A stretch of 64,000 nt of DNA, taken from NCBI GenBank assembly GCA_039586795.1, contig JBDHJS010000034.1, forward strand, positions 1 to 64,000. Reading direction: 5' to 3'. Made by a program: the position numbers and the translations under genes. This document shows positions 1-9,715 of this stretch, piece after piece. Position 1 is the first letter of the stretch; every line of letters starts with the position of its first letter. The notes under the pieces are model-generated. The model did not search any database, was not told where the DNA came from, and was given only the letters and a program-made list of their open reading frames with translations. This DNA is from Gemmatimonadota bacterium (lineage in GTDB: Bacteria; Gemmatimonadota; Gemmatimonadetes; Palauibacterales; KS3-K002).

Positions 1-1262
1 ACCGATACCGGTCGTACCGCCTTGTCGGTGGAGATGAAGACGAAGTGATCGGCGCCGGCAGCCGCCGCGGCCTTTGCCGTGCTCAAGACCCCCAGCACAT
101 TGTTGGCTACCCCCTCACACGGGTTCTCCTCGATCAGCGGAACGTGCTTGTATGCAGCCGCGTGAAACAGAATCTCCGGACGCGTGCGGAGTACGACGGG
201 CTCCACCGATGAGCTGTGGCTCGCGTCGCCCAACATCGATTGCCGCTTGAGCCTCGGGTACCGCTCCTCCAGTTCTCGGTCGATAGCGTACAGGTTGTAC
301 TCGCTTTGTTCGAAAAGAATCAACTCCGCCGGTTCGCATGCGGCGATTTGCCTGCACAATTCTGAGCCTATCGACCCACCGGCACCGGTTACGAAGACGA
401 CCTTTTCACGAACGAATTGGCGGATCCGATCCGGGTCCAGATCCCGGGGCGCCCGCTTCAACAGGTCATCGATGCTGACCTCGTGGAACTGCGTTACGCT
501 GATCCGCCCCTCAATGAGGTCGGCCATTCCGGGGAGAGTCTTGATGCTGATGCCTGGAGCGTCTTGGCCGCAGCGCTCTACAATGCGACGAAGCTCCACG
601 CCACTTGCCGAAGGAATCGCCACAAGGATCTCTTGCACGGCAGCCTCACGGACAACGCGCTGCAAATCGTCCCCCGTGCCCAGCACCGGTCGCCCGTGCA
701 GCGTGCGCCCCTGCTTGCCTGGATCGTCATCGATGAAGCCGACAGGCCAATAGGAGCCGTTTCGGCCAGACATCATCTCCCGCACGACCAGCGCACCCGC
801 GTCGCCTGCACCGTAGACTATCACGGGTATCAGGTCAGCCCGTGCCGCGCGCAGCGGCCCCAGCAGACGGTAGTGCCGGAACCTGGGCAACATCCGAACA
901 CCGCTCAGCGCCAGGAACATGAGCATCCAGTGGATGATCGGAACGCTTCGCGGAAAGCTAGTGCCCCGCCAAAGCAGAAAGATGACAAGGGCGGACAGGG
1001 CAACGGCGACGGTACACGACCGGGCGATGGAAATGAGCGTGTCGAGGCTCGCGTATTTCGGAAGCGAACGGTAGAGCCCCGTGGCAGCGAAACTGATACC
1101 GGCTAACGCCATCACTATGGGCGTCGTTCTAAAGATGATTGGCCAATAGGCCTCATAGAAAACAGGATCGAGGCGGATGAGGTAGGCGCCTACGTATGTC
1201 ACGCCCGCCAACACCACATCAAGGGCGAGCCCCCACGGATGGACCAATCTTTTTATCGGCAT
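1..1262 (-). CDS. Polysaccharide biosynthesis protein, CapD/PglF-type UDP-GlcNAc 4,6-dehydratase (3' end runs off the window)
   Basis: Not in the ORF track. ATG at 1262 (MPIKRLVHPWGLALDVV...) directly follows the upstream TAG. The frame has N-terminal TM segments and reads ...FVFISTDKAVRPVS at the window edge, the CapD signature. Confidence 0.93.
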   Translation of the reverse strand, partial: MPIKRLVHPWGLALDVVLAGVTYVGAYLIRLDPVFYEAYWPIIFRTTPIVMALAGISFAATGLYRSLPKYASLDTLISIARSCTVAVALSALVIFLLWRGTSFPRSVPIIHWMLMFLALSGVRMLPRFRHYRLLGPLRAARADLIPVIVYGAGDAGALVVREMMSGRNGSYWPVGFIDDDPGKQGRTLHGRPVLGTGDDLQRVVREAAVQEILVAIPSASGVELRRIVERCGQDAPGISIKTLPGMADLIEGRISVTQFHEVSIDDLLKRAPRDLDPDRIRQFVREKVVFVTGAGGSIGSELCRQIAACEPAELILFEQSEYNLYAIDRELEERYPRLKRQSMLGDASHSSSVEPVVLRTRPEILFHAAAYKHVPLIEENPCEGVANNVLGVLSTAKAAAAAGADHFVFISTDKAVRPVS

Positions 1263-2375
1263 CTAGAGAAGCGCTCGCAACGCATCGCTTACTTCCTCTA
1301 TTTCACTCTCGCCGAGTCCGGCGAAAAACGGCAGCGCGATCGTCCGTTCTGCCGCACTCTCGGTGACGGGAAACTGACCCGGCTCATAACCCAACGTATC
1401 TCTATACTGAGGCTGCAGGTGGATCGGCGGAAAATAGTTCCGACATCCAATGCCGTTGCCCCTCAATCCCGCTACGATCCGGTCGCGATCTTCACGAGAT
1501 CGATCCTCGGTCAGCCGCACTACATACACAAACCAGCTCAGCGTTACATCGTCACGAACCATCGGCAACTCGACGCCATCGACGTCCGCCAGCCGCTCGC
1601 TGTACCAGGTCGCCACACGCGCGCGCCGCACCATCAGGTCGTCCAGTCGCTGGAGCTGGACGGTACCGATGACGGATGCGATCTCGGATAGTCGGTAGTT
1701 GTACCCGAGACGCTTGTGCTCCAGCCACTCGTCGCCGTCGCTCTCGCGGCCGTGATTCCGGAGACTCTCGCCGAGCGTCGCCAGGCGGTCGTGGTCTGTC
1801 ACCAGCGCCCCACCTTCGCCCGTCGTTATCTGCTTGTTGGGATAGAACCCAAAAACGCCAACATCTGCCAAGCCGCCAGCCGGACGCCCACGGTACGTGC
1901 TGCCGAGTGCCTCGGCCGAGTCTTCGACCGTGTGTAGCCCATGTTCTACGGCTAGCGCGTTCAGGGCATCCCAATCAGCCGGATGACCGAAAACATCCAC
2001 TCCGAGAATCGCCCGAGTCCGCTCGCTTACTGCATCGCTTGCCTGTTCCGCGTCGATGTTCAGCGTGTCGGGCTCGACGTCGACGAAGATCGGCCGCACA
2101 CCCTCGTAGAGGAGGCAGTTGGATGAGGCAATGAAACTGAACGGCGTTGTGATCACCTCATCACCAGGACCGAGCCCAAGCGCGCGCACCGCGATATGCA
2201 GGGCGGCGGTCCCGCTGGAGACAGCGACGGCATGTTGGGTCCCACACCGGCGCGCGAGTGCGGCCTCGAATTCCTCGATACGCGGGCCTATGCTCAGCCG
2301 GCCGGAGGCGAGCACTCCGTCGACGGCCCGTCGCTCCGCCTCGCTGATATCCGGTCGTGCGAGTGGGATTCTCAT
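1263..2375 (-). CDS. DegT/DnrJ/EryC1/StrS family PLP-dependent sugar aminotransferase (PglE-like)
   Basis: SSGTAALH, EDSAEALG, FGFYPNKQITTGEGG (PLP lysine), GYNYRLSE motifs. Confidence 0.95.
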   Translation of the reverse strand: MRIPLARPDISEAERRAVDGVLASGRLSIGPRIEEFEAALARRCGTQHAVAVSSGTAALHIAVRALGLGPGDEVITTPFSFIASSNCLLYEGVRPIFVDVEPDTLNIDAEQASDAVSERTRAILGVDVFGHPADWDALNALAVEHGLHTVEDSAEALGSTYRGRPAGGLADVGVFGFYPNKQITTGEGGALVTDHDRLATLGESLRNHGRESDGDEWLEHKRLGYNYRLSEIASVIGTVQLQRLDDLMVRRARVATWYSERLADVDGVELPMVRDDVTLSWFVYVVRLTEDRSREDRDRIVAGLRGNGIGCRNYFPPIHLQPQYRDTLGYEPGQFPVTESAAERTIALPFFAGLGESEIEEVSDALRALL

Positions 2376-2382
2376 CTATTGG

Positions 2383-2843
2383 CTAGCCTCGACCACCGGA
2401 CGCCACTGGCTTTGCCGGAACGCCAGCCACGGTCACGCGGTCAGCCACATTGCTCACCACGACGGATCCTGCACCCACGGTCGCGCCGGTACCGATTTCG
2501 ATACCGGGGATGATGGTGGCCCCCACGCCCACGAGTGACCGGTCGCCGACTCTGACGTTGCCTGTATGGCTATCGCGAGCCCAAACCCGGACTCCATGAC
2601 CTTCGCCGTCGACACGGCTCGCAACTCGCCGTCACCTATCGCCACCACTATCTCGACAGCGCCACCGAACGCGTTGCTGCCCAGCAAGGCAACGGGATAC
2701 CCGCAGAACTGGGTGCCGACGCGTGTCGCATCATCATCTGCAAAGCCCACGACCTGTCGACCGCTTCGCTCGAGGGCGTCGAGGACGACCTTGCCGTGGC
2801 CGCCTGCACCGTAGATCACGACTGCAGCTTCTTCTCCGCTCAT
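2383..2843 (-). pseudogene. PglD/NeuD-family sugar N-acetyltransferase, frameshifted by an internal deletion
   Basis: The N-terminal domain (IYGAGGHGKVV...VVAIGD) is in one frame. After ...AIAIQ at ~2563 the hexapeptide C-terminus (GNVRVGDRSLVGVGATIIPGIEIGTGATVGAGSVVVSNV...VAGVPAK) continues in another frame to TAG at 2383-2385. The central IINT..HDC segment is missing. Confidence 0.85.
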
Positions 2844-2846
2844 TCG

Positions 2847-3458
2847 CTATCGGAAATCCGGGTTCACGCCATCCCTGCCATAGAGCCCATCACGCACCAC
2901 AAAAGCCAGCCAGAACGTCTTCAGCAGAATCCTCAGGTCCAACCAGAGCGTTGCGTTATCGACGTACCAGACATCCAGCTCGATACGTTCCGGCCAGTCT
3001 ATGGCGTTGCGGCCATTGATCTGCGCCCAGCCCGTTATGCCAGGACGAACTTCGAGGCGACGACGCTGGAAGTCGTCATAGAGCTCGACCTGATAGTCGA
3101 AAGTGGGGCGCGGCCCCACCAAACTCATCTGTCCAGCGAGCACGTTCCAAAGTTGAGGAAGTTCATCCAGTGCCCACCGTCGGAGGAATCCGCCAACTCT
3201 CGTGACTCGATCGTCCGCTTCACTCACAGTCGTTCCGAGCCCGCGCTCCATTGCCCCCTCGACCATCGTGCGAAACTTGAGCGGCACGAACATTGTCCCG
3301 CCACGACCGACCCGCGGATGGCGAAACAGGACCGGCCCACGGGAATCGAGCTTGATCGCGAGCCCAATCAGTCCGAGAGGGACAGCCAGAACGACCAGTC
3401 CTACGCCGCTCAGCGCGATGTCCAGACCTCTCTTGATGGCCTTCTGCCACTCGGGCAT
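2847..3458 (-). CDS. Bacterial sugar transferase (PglC-like phosphoglycosyl transferase)
   Basis: KRGLDI, KFRTM, RVGGFLRRWALDELPQLWNVLAGQMSLVGPRP, PGITGWAQINGRN. Confidence 0.95.
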   Translation of the reverse strand: MPEWQKAIKRGLDIALSGVGLVVLAVPLGLIGLAIKLDSRGPVLFRHPRVGRGGTMFVPLKFRTMVEGAMERGLGTTVSEADDRVTRVGGFLRRWALDELPQLWNVLAGQMSLVGPRPTFDYQVELYDDFQRRRLEVRPGITGWAQINGRNAIDWPERIELDVWYVDNATLWLDLRILLKTFWLAFVVRDGLYGRDGVNPDFR

Positions 3459-3510
3459 AGCACTTTAACAGGGGTGAAGCTCAGGGATACCAGGGGCGGA
3501 CATCTGTAAC

Positions 3511-4674
3511 CTACACTTCTATCCCTTTTTCTGCGAGCACCTCGTCATATAATACAGACGTCCGCCTCACCATCCGGTCCACCGTGTACTCCTGCTCTAT
3601 CTTCTTCCGCGCGTTTCGGCCCAGCCGAGAAGCGGCATCCACGCTACTCATCAGTTCCCGCATCGATTCTACGAGCGCCGCTACATCACTCGGCGGTACG
3701 AGCATCCCGTCGACACCCTCAGTGATCGTATCGCCCACGCCGTCGATATCTGTGGCCACGACAGGCAGGCCCATGGCCATCGCCTCGAGCAACACCATCG
3801 GGTGGCCTTCTCGAAGCGATGACAGAACGAACAGGTCGAGGTCACCGAGTAATCCCGGTATATCATCAACAAAACCTGCGAAAATGACGCGCCGCGACAC
3901 ATCCAGCCCAGTGGCGAGCGTCCGCAAATCACCCCACTCCGGTCCATCGCCAGCGATCACCAGGTAGAGATCGGGGTCATCGAGCGCCGCGAGGGCTTTG
4001 ATGAGATCGGGGAATCCCTTTTGCCAGGTCAGTCGCCCCACACCACCGATGAGCGTCGCTCCCGCCGGTACCCCGAGTCGCTCGCGCCAGGCCCCTCTGT
4101 TCGGCCGCTCGGGGTCATACCGATCGATCTCTATACCGTTCGGTATCACCGCCACCCGTGATGCCGGTATACGGTGGCGATCGGTGAGCGCCTCTACAGA
4201 GGCTCTGTTCACGACTATGTAGCGGTCGACCAACCGGTTGGTCGTCAGGTCGATGGCCCGGTAGAGCGCCTTGCGCCAAGACTCCTCCACCTCATACCGG
4301 CTTGAGATCATCGCAGTCGTCGAAAACACAACCGGTACACGTGCCAAGCGCGCCGCCAGTCGACCGAACGGATCACCGCGTCCCTGCGTGTGCACGATGT
4401 GAGGGCGGCGCCGGCGCAATTGGCGCGCCAGGCTGAGTACCGTGTCGAGTCGCCGCCGCCGCCGCATCTCCGCATCGATGACCGGAACGCCCAGATCATG
4501 GAGCCGATCCACGAAGACGCCGCCCGGCGAGCACGCGACAGCCGTCTCGTAGCGGCTGCGAGGCAAGCCACTCACCAGCTGCAGGAAGGTTCGCTCGCCG
4601 CCACGAAAGCTGAGGTTGTCCACCACGTAGACCACGCGGATCTTCCCTGGCGCTTGCCTCCGCTGACTGCTCAT
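3511..4674 (-). CDS. Glycosyltransferase family 4
   Basis: GGER, IPNGI, GRLTWQKG, EGHPMVLLEAMAMGLPVV (EX7E). Confidence 0.93.
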   Translation of the reverse strand: MSSQRRQAPGKIRVVYVVDNLSFRGGERTFLQLVSGLPRSRYETAVACSPGGVFVDRLHDLGVPVIDAEMRRRRRLDTVLSLARQLRRRRPHIVHTQGRGDPFGRLAARLARVPVVFSTTAMISSRYEVEESWRKALYRAIDLTTNRLVDRYIVVNRASVEALTDRHRIPASRVAVIPNGIEIDRYDPERPNRGAWRERLGVPAGATLIGGVGRLTWQKGFPDLIKALAALDDPDLYLVIAGDGPEWGDLRTLATGLDVSRRVIFAGFVDDIPGLLGDLDLFVLSSLREGHPMVLLEAMAMGLPVVATDIDGVGDTITEGVDGMLVPPSDVAALVESMRELMSSVDAASRLGRNARKKIEQEYTVDRMVRRTSVLYDEVLAEKGIEV

Positions 4675-5840
4675 GCCGTCGCGCTCCGTCCCGCCTCAGA
4701 GCGAACCGCTTCATACGCAACGAAGTACTCATCCACCACGGCTTCCCTCGTGAAACGTCGCGCTCGGATGCGAGCCGCAGCTCCCATCTTCGCTGCCAAC
4801 TTCGGGTCATGCAGCAAGCGCAGAGTGTGGTTCGAGACAGCCGCCGGATCACCGTGCGGGACCACGTAACCGGTAACATCCCGTTCGACGATGGTGTTCG
4901 CACCGCGCGTGTTCGTCGCCACGACGGGCTTCCCCATCGCTGACGCCTCGGCCAGGCTCATCCCGAAACCTTCCCGGTCGGAAAGCAGAACCACGACGTC
5001 GGCAGCCGCCATGTATCGGGCGACCTCGTCCCTGAACCCAAGCCAGGAAACCCGGCTAGCGCCCGGTTCGTCGACCTCCGAGAGGAATCGCTCCCTACCG
5101 TAGGCATCCCGATCACCTTCCACGGGTCCACCAATGATGACCAGTTGCGCTGCACGGTCTTGTTCGGCGACCAACCTGAACGCCCGCGCCAGCAGACCCA
5201 TTCCCTTCGCTGCCGTGGTCCGGCCCACGTAGGCCACGACCGGCTGACCGGCCTCGAGGCCGAGCTCTTCACGCCCGGCGGCCTTGAGCCGACCTTCGTT
5301 CTCCTCGGTCAGATAGAACTCTGGCGCTACTCCGGCGCCGCCCGCCGGTAGTACCTGCACTCGAGCTTCGGGGATGCGAGCCAGGCGTACGCAATCCTTC
5401 GCATCATCAGGGTTAACGGTGAATATCCGATCTGTACCGCGTGCATATCGCCGCTCGATCAGCGTGAACATCTTGCCGGCCCCAACCCCTGCTCCCCAGG
5501 CTGAGCCGTGCATGGTGTAGAAGACGCGGACGCCGGCGCCACGCGCAGCCGCCCGCCCCACAACCGCAGCGACCGGCGTGTGGACGTGCACGAGGTCGAA
5601 GCGGCCGTCGCGGAGCAGGCCACGTATTCCTCCCACGGCGTGGAGGTTACGCCAGCCGAACAGGTTGCGTGATATCGGTACGCGGTGAACGGGGAATCCT
5701 TCGGCCTCAACAGCCTCGATGCCGCGACCCGGCCCGCAGGCAAGTTCGACTTCAAAGCCCGACCGTCGCAGCGCCTGCATCAACGGCTCCACGAAGCGCA
5801 AAGCTGTGATAGGAACCGCTGTGACCTGAAGGACTTTCAT
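4671..5840 (-). CDS. Glycosyltransferase family 4
   Basis: VHVHTP, GRTTAAKG, EGFGMSLAEASAMGKPVV; 4-nt overlap with the next gene. Confidence 0.92.
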   Translation of the reverse strand: MKVLQVTAVPITALRFVEPLMQALRRSGFEVELACGPGRGIEAVEAEGFPVHRVPISRNLFGWRNLHAVGGIRGLLRDGRFDLVHVHTPVAAVVGRAAARGAGVRVFYTMHGSAWGAGVGAGKMFTLIERRYARGTDRIFTVNPDDAKDCVRLARIPEARVQVLPAGGAGVAPEFYLTEENEGRLKAAGREELGLEAGQPVVAYVGRTTAAKGMGLLARAFRLVAEQDRAAQLVIIGGPVEGDRDAYGRERFLSEVDEPGASRVSWLGFRDEVARYMAAADVVVLLSDREGFGMSLAEASAMGKPVVATNTRGANTIVERDVTGYVVPHGDPAAVSNHTLRLLHDPKLAAKMGAAARIRARRFTREAVVDEYFVAYEAVRSEAGRSATA

Positions 5841-5876
5841 CCACCGCCCCTTGTTACCACCGTGCGCGGCTGCTGC

Positions 5877-7091
5877 CTACGTCCGACCAGAGCCCGCCAC
5901 CTCATTCAGAAAGCGACGGAGATGTTCGGCCTGGATCTTCCAATCGAACCCGCCCACCGCACGTTGCCGCCCGTTGCGGCCCATGCCTTCTGCGAGCTCC
6001 CGATCCTCCAACAGACGAATCGCCGCCTCGGCCACCGCCTCGGGGTCATTCTGATCAACCCTAAGACCGGTTTCCCCATCGAGAATCGACTCATCCGTGC
6101 CACCGCCGAGACCGCCGATTACGGGCTTCCCGCAGGCGCTCGCTTCCATATAGACGATCCCGAAGCCTTCAACCGGGAGGTCGTCGCGAAATTCACGACT
6201 GGGGACAACCATCAGATCAGCAGCGCAGTAGTAGGACGGCAACTCGCTCTCCGGCACAAATCCGGCGAACGAAACGACTCCCTCGAGGTCGTGCTTATTC
6301 ACCAGTTGCTTCAGCGCTTCGCGATACGGCCCTTCACCCACAATCAGGAGGGCAGCATCGGGCACAGCTTCGCGAACGCTTCGCATGGCCCGGATTACCA
6401 CGTCCTGACCCTTCCACTCAACAAGCCGGGCGACAGATAGCAGCAACGGCCTGTCGCCCAGTCCATGACGGCGCCGAACCGCTACTGGGTCACCCACATC
6501 CGGTCGGAATCGGTTCGTGTCGACGCCCGGATTGACCTTGCAGAACTGTTGGTCCTCACGCACGCCCCGCTCCAGGTACTGCCGGCGCGTGAAGTCACTG
6601 TTAACAACGAGAAAGTCGGCGAGGTTCAGAGCCCGAAGCGCGCGACGCTGCACAGGAGCCAGTCCCATGTAGCGGTGCAGCTCAGAGCCGTGAAGGATGA
6701 TTCCGTATGGGAGTCCAGTCGAGCCCCGCAAGCGGGGGCCCAACGGCCCGAGATAGAGGTGACCGATGAGCGCGACATCGAGACCGTTCTCATCGATCAA
6801 CTGGTGACCGTACCGGTAGAAGCGTGCCCACTGAGTAGCCGCGATGTAGGCGCGCCGTGGCCAGCGCAAGAACCCAATCCGACTCCGGCGCATGAAGGAA
6901 GTCGGGACGATCGGGATCCTTCTTCGGTGGGTGGTAAACGGCTGTGAGGCATCGAACTCCGCGGTGCCGTCGCCATCCGGCGCCAGTACAGAAACGGAGT
7001 CTCCAAGGCAGCGGCTGAGATGATAGTAGTACATAGAGATCCCGCCGGAAAGCACGGGCGGGAAATCTTGGGCGAGCAGTAGCGCCCTCAA
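5877..7091 (-). CDS. Glycosyltransferase family 4 (PimB-like)
   Basis: DFPP..GG, HGSEL, ARLVEWKG, EGFGIVYMEASACGKPVIGG. Confidence 0.93.
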   Translation of the reverse strand: MRALLLAQDFPPVLSGGISMYYYHLSRCLGDSVSVLAPDGDGTAEFDASQPFTTHRRRIPIVPTSFMRRSRIGFLRWPRRAYIAATQWARFYRYGHQLIDENGLDVALIGHLYLGPLGPRLRGSTGLPYGIILHGSELHRYMGLAPVQRRALRALNLADFLVVNSDFTRRQYLERGVREDQQFCKVNPGVDTNRFRPDVGDPVAVRRRHGLGDRPLLLSVARLVEWKGQDVVIRAMRSVREAVPDAALLIVGEGPYREALKQLVNKHDLEGVVSFAGFVPESELPSYYCAADLMVVPSREFRDDLPVEGFGIVYMEASACGKPVIGGLGGGTDESILDGETGLRVDQNDPEAVAEAAIRLLEDRELAEGMGRNGRQRAVGGFDWKIQAEHLRRFLNEVAGSGRT

Positions 7092-8428
7092 GCCGCCACC
7101 TCTTCCTCCAAGTCAGCCGCCTCCCGCGCACGCACGACCTTGACGGCCGCGATCACAAGGGCAGCCAGGAACCAGTAGACCTGACGGACACGAACGGCGA
7201 CGAACGGGCTTCCCGCAAAGCCGGCGATCGCCAACCCGATTGTTGCCGCAAGCCAGGCAAGTGCAAGTCCTTTTGCGTCACCCGTCAGCTCATGATAGGA
7301 CAGATACGAGGTGCGAACGGCAGCGGCCAACAGCCATAGAAAAGCAGCCAGCCCTAAGAGGCCCGTGTAGTAGAGCGTGAGCAAGTACTGGTTATCCAGG
7401 AAACCTGGGGGCAAAGCCGCCGGCCCAAAGCCGAGCAGTGGACGCTGGGCCATAACCTCCGGCGCCCTCCGCTGAATCGCTCTCACTCTCGTACCATACG
7501 GACGTCGGCCGGTCGCTGGGTCCGGCGCGTTGGTCACGATCGACGTCGCTCTCTGTTCGACCATGTCGGGTGCGGCGAACGGAAGCGCCAGAACCGCCAG
7601 CATAGCGGGTAAGATCAACCAGCGATTGCGCACCCACGAAAGAGTCACGACCGCAGCTGCCGCACCGACGTAGCTTTGGCGCGAGAAAGTGTTCATCAGG
7701 GAATAGATGACCGGTAACGCGGCGACGACTATTAGGACGCGCTCAGCTCGAGTTCTCCTGGTTACCAGGAGGCTGGCCAAGACGGCCAGCAAAACGACGA
7801 AGGTCAAGCCTAGCAGACTGTATCCGCCATGGCCCGCAGGTCCGGTAATGGCTTCGCCAACACTTCCCGATCCGTACTCGATCACACCCCAGACTCCGAG
7901 CGCTGCGGCTGAAGCAACAAAGACATAAGTAAACAACCGCACATCCCGCTCGTCACGAATCGCGTAGACCACCATGAAGTACAGGAGGGCGACCTCGATG
8001 GTTTTCAGAAAGAAAAACGAAGAGCTGTAGAGCTCGGTCGAGAGCTCCGCGCTGCCTCTCATCACCCCGAACACGAGCGAAGCGAACTCCACGAGGATCA
8101 CAGCGAAGATCGGCCAGTTGAGCGGGGTACGTGGCCAAGGATCGCGAGTTACGGCAAGTCGCAACAGCCACGCTGCGGTCAGCGGGGCCATCAACAGGTC
8201 TTCCGTGCGCAGGGGAATCGCGAGTGGGAGCTCCGGAAGGAGGATCATCACAGGGATGATCGCCACCAACGTCACACGAAGATCAAGGAAAGCGCCTGCG
8301 GCAATAGCGAGCCCGACAAGGCCGATCGCGCCAAATACGCCCCAGCTCGCCACAGTCAGGCCGGCAAAAACAGCAAGCGCCGCAGCCCCGATGGCTACTG
8401 ATATGGTATGTCGACTAATCGTTGCCAC
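7088..8428 (-). CDS. O-antigen ligase/Wzy_C-family polytopic membrane protein (polymerase or ligase)
   Basis: Many TM helices; TFSRQSY, PLLGFG, DNQYL..LYYTGLLG motifs. Likely GTG start at 8428, because the longer ORF to 8671 overlaps the divergent gene. Confidence 0.82.
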   Translation of the reverse strand: MATISRHTISVAIGAAALAVFAGLTVASWGVFGAIGLVGLAIAAGAFLDLRVTLVAIIPVMILLPELPLAIPLRTEDLLMAPLTAAWLLRLAVTRDPWPRTPLNWPIFAVILVEFASLVFGVMRGSAELSTELYSSSFFFLKTIEVALLYFMVVYAIRDERDVRLFTYVFVASAAALGVWGVIEYGSGSVGEAITGPAGHGGYSLLGLTFVVLLAVLASLLVTRRTRAERVLIVVAALPVIYSLMNTFSRQSYVGAAAAVVTLSWVRNRWLILPAMLAVLALPFAAPDMVEQRATSIVTNAPDPATGRRPYGTRVRAIQRRAPEVMAQRPLLGFGPAALPPGFLDNQYLLTLYYTGLLGLAAFLWLLAAAVRTSYLSYHELTGDAKGLALAWLAATIGLAIAGFAGSPFVAVRVRQVYWFLAALVIAAVKVVRAREAADLEEEVAA

Positions 8429-8602
8429 GTTCCCCCAGCATCTGAGCAGGCGCGGCAGGATCGGTGGAACGGAGCGGAGGGCTAAGTCTAAGATCGGTGG
8501 GATGGTGGGCCGCGTCAACGGCACCGCGGAGAGGTTGCGGGCAGACGGCCCGAGAGTTCTTTTGTGAGCGATCCCCCTGCCCGGCCGCCCGCACGGGCCT
8601 CT

Positions 8603-9715
8603 ATGAAGATAGCCATTCTCACAGAGTACTATCCGGACCACCGGGACCCGGCCAGCGGTGTTTACGTGCACCTACGATCCGTTGGATACCACCAGGCCGG
8701 TCACGAAGTCCGGGTGTATCGAGTTCGGCCTATATCGCTGGAATCAATCGCGTACGATGAAGTGCCGCTCGTGACAGGCGAACACGAGTCGCTCTGGGCC
8801 GATATCGAGTCTTTCGCCCCTGAAGTCGCTGCCGTACACACGCCGTACCCTGGTACCGGCCACGTCGTCCTCGCAGAGTCGCTGAAGATACCTCGCGTCT
8901 ACTGGATCCATGGCTACGAGGCGATGTTCACGACGTTTCACGGCTACCACAGAGGACTCAACCGTATTCTTTCTCTGCTTCATGACATCAGAAAGCTCAG
9001 GCAACTACGTCGATCGATGCGCGGCGCTGCTGCAGTCGTATACGTCTCGGAGTGGATGCGTCAAACGGCCGAACGGAGTACTGGCTACCGTCACCCGCAG
9101 ACAGCAGTGATACCAAACCCGGTAGACACCGAACGCTTCCGCCCGGAACCAGAGCGCCGACCTCGGAACAGCCTGCTTCGCGGTCTGGCCCTGAGAGGAT
9201 TGAGTGCCAAATACGGACTTGACCTGGCAATCACCGCATTCACACAGACCGCGAACACAGAGCTCACGATCGTCGGGACCGGGCCAGACGCTGACCGTAT
9301 CCGAAGGCAAATCGAGGTGTCCGAAGCCGCCGTGAATCTTGAAGAGCGAATGGTGCCGCACGAAGATGTTCCAGAGCTCATCAGGGCTCATGACTACTTC
9401 GTTGCGCCCGCCCGAACGGAGGCGCAGGGCGTCGCAATGTGCGAAGCGATGGCCTGCGGTCTACCCGTCGTCGCTACCCGTGCCGGAGGCATACCTGAGT
9501 TCGTCCGCGACGGCACGGACGGCCTTCTCACATCGCCGGGCAACGCAGCGGAACTGAGAGATGCTGTAATTCAGATTGTGGGCGATCCGGAACGAGCGGT
9601 GCAGATGGGCCAAAGCGCCCGCGAGAACATCCAAGCCAAATGCTCAGCCAACATCATCATACCTCAAGAGCTGGAGTTAATGTCTAGAGTCACGAGGCGT
9701 GTGTCATCGAGCTGA
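8603..9715 (+). CDS. Glycosyltransferase family 4
   Basis: MKIAILTEYYP start at 8603; IPNPVD, EAQGVAMCEAMACGLPVV. Confidence 0.92.
   Translation: MKIAILTEYYPDHRDPASGVYVHLRSVGYHQAGHEVRVYRVRPISLESIAYDEVPLVTGEHESLWADIESFAPEVAAVHTPYPGTGHVVLAESLKIPRVYWIHGYEAMFTTFHGYHRGLNRILSLLHDIRKLRQLRRSMRGAAAVVYVSEWMRQTAERSTGYRHPQTAVIPNPVDTERFRPEPERRPRNSLLRGLALRGLSAKYGLDLAITAFTQTANTELTIVGTGPDADRIRRQIEVSEAAVNLEERMVPHEDVPELIRAHDYFVAPARTEAQGVAMCEAMACGLPVVATRAGGIPEFVRDGTDGLLTSPGNAAELRDAVIQIVGDPERAVQMGQSARENIQAKCSANIIIPQELELMSRVTRRVSSS

Noticed and set aside
184..1106. Plus-strand ORFs 184-753 and 417-1106
   Set aside because: Antisense to the CapD-like gene, which the ORF track missed because it runs off the window.
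8429..8671. N-terminal extension of the 527-aa ligase ORF
   Set aside because: Overlaps the divergent GT4 start and promoter region; the hydrophobic domain only begins at GTG 8428.
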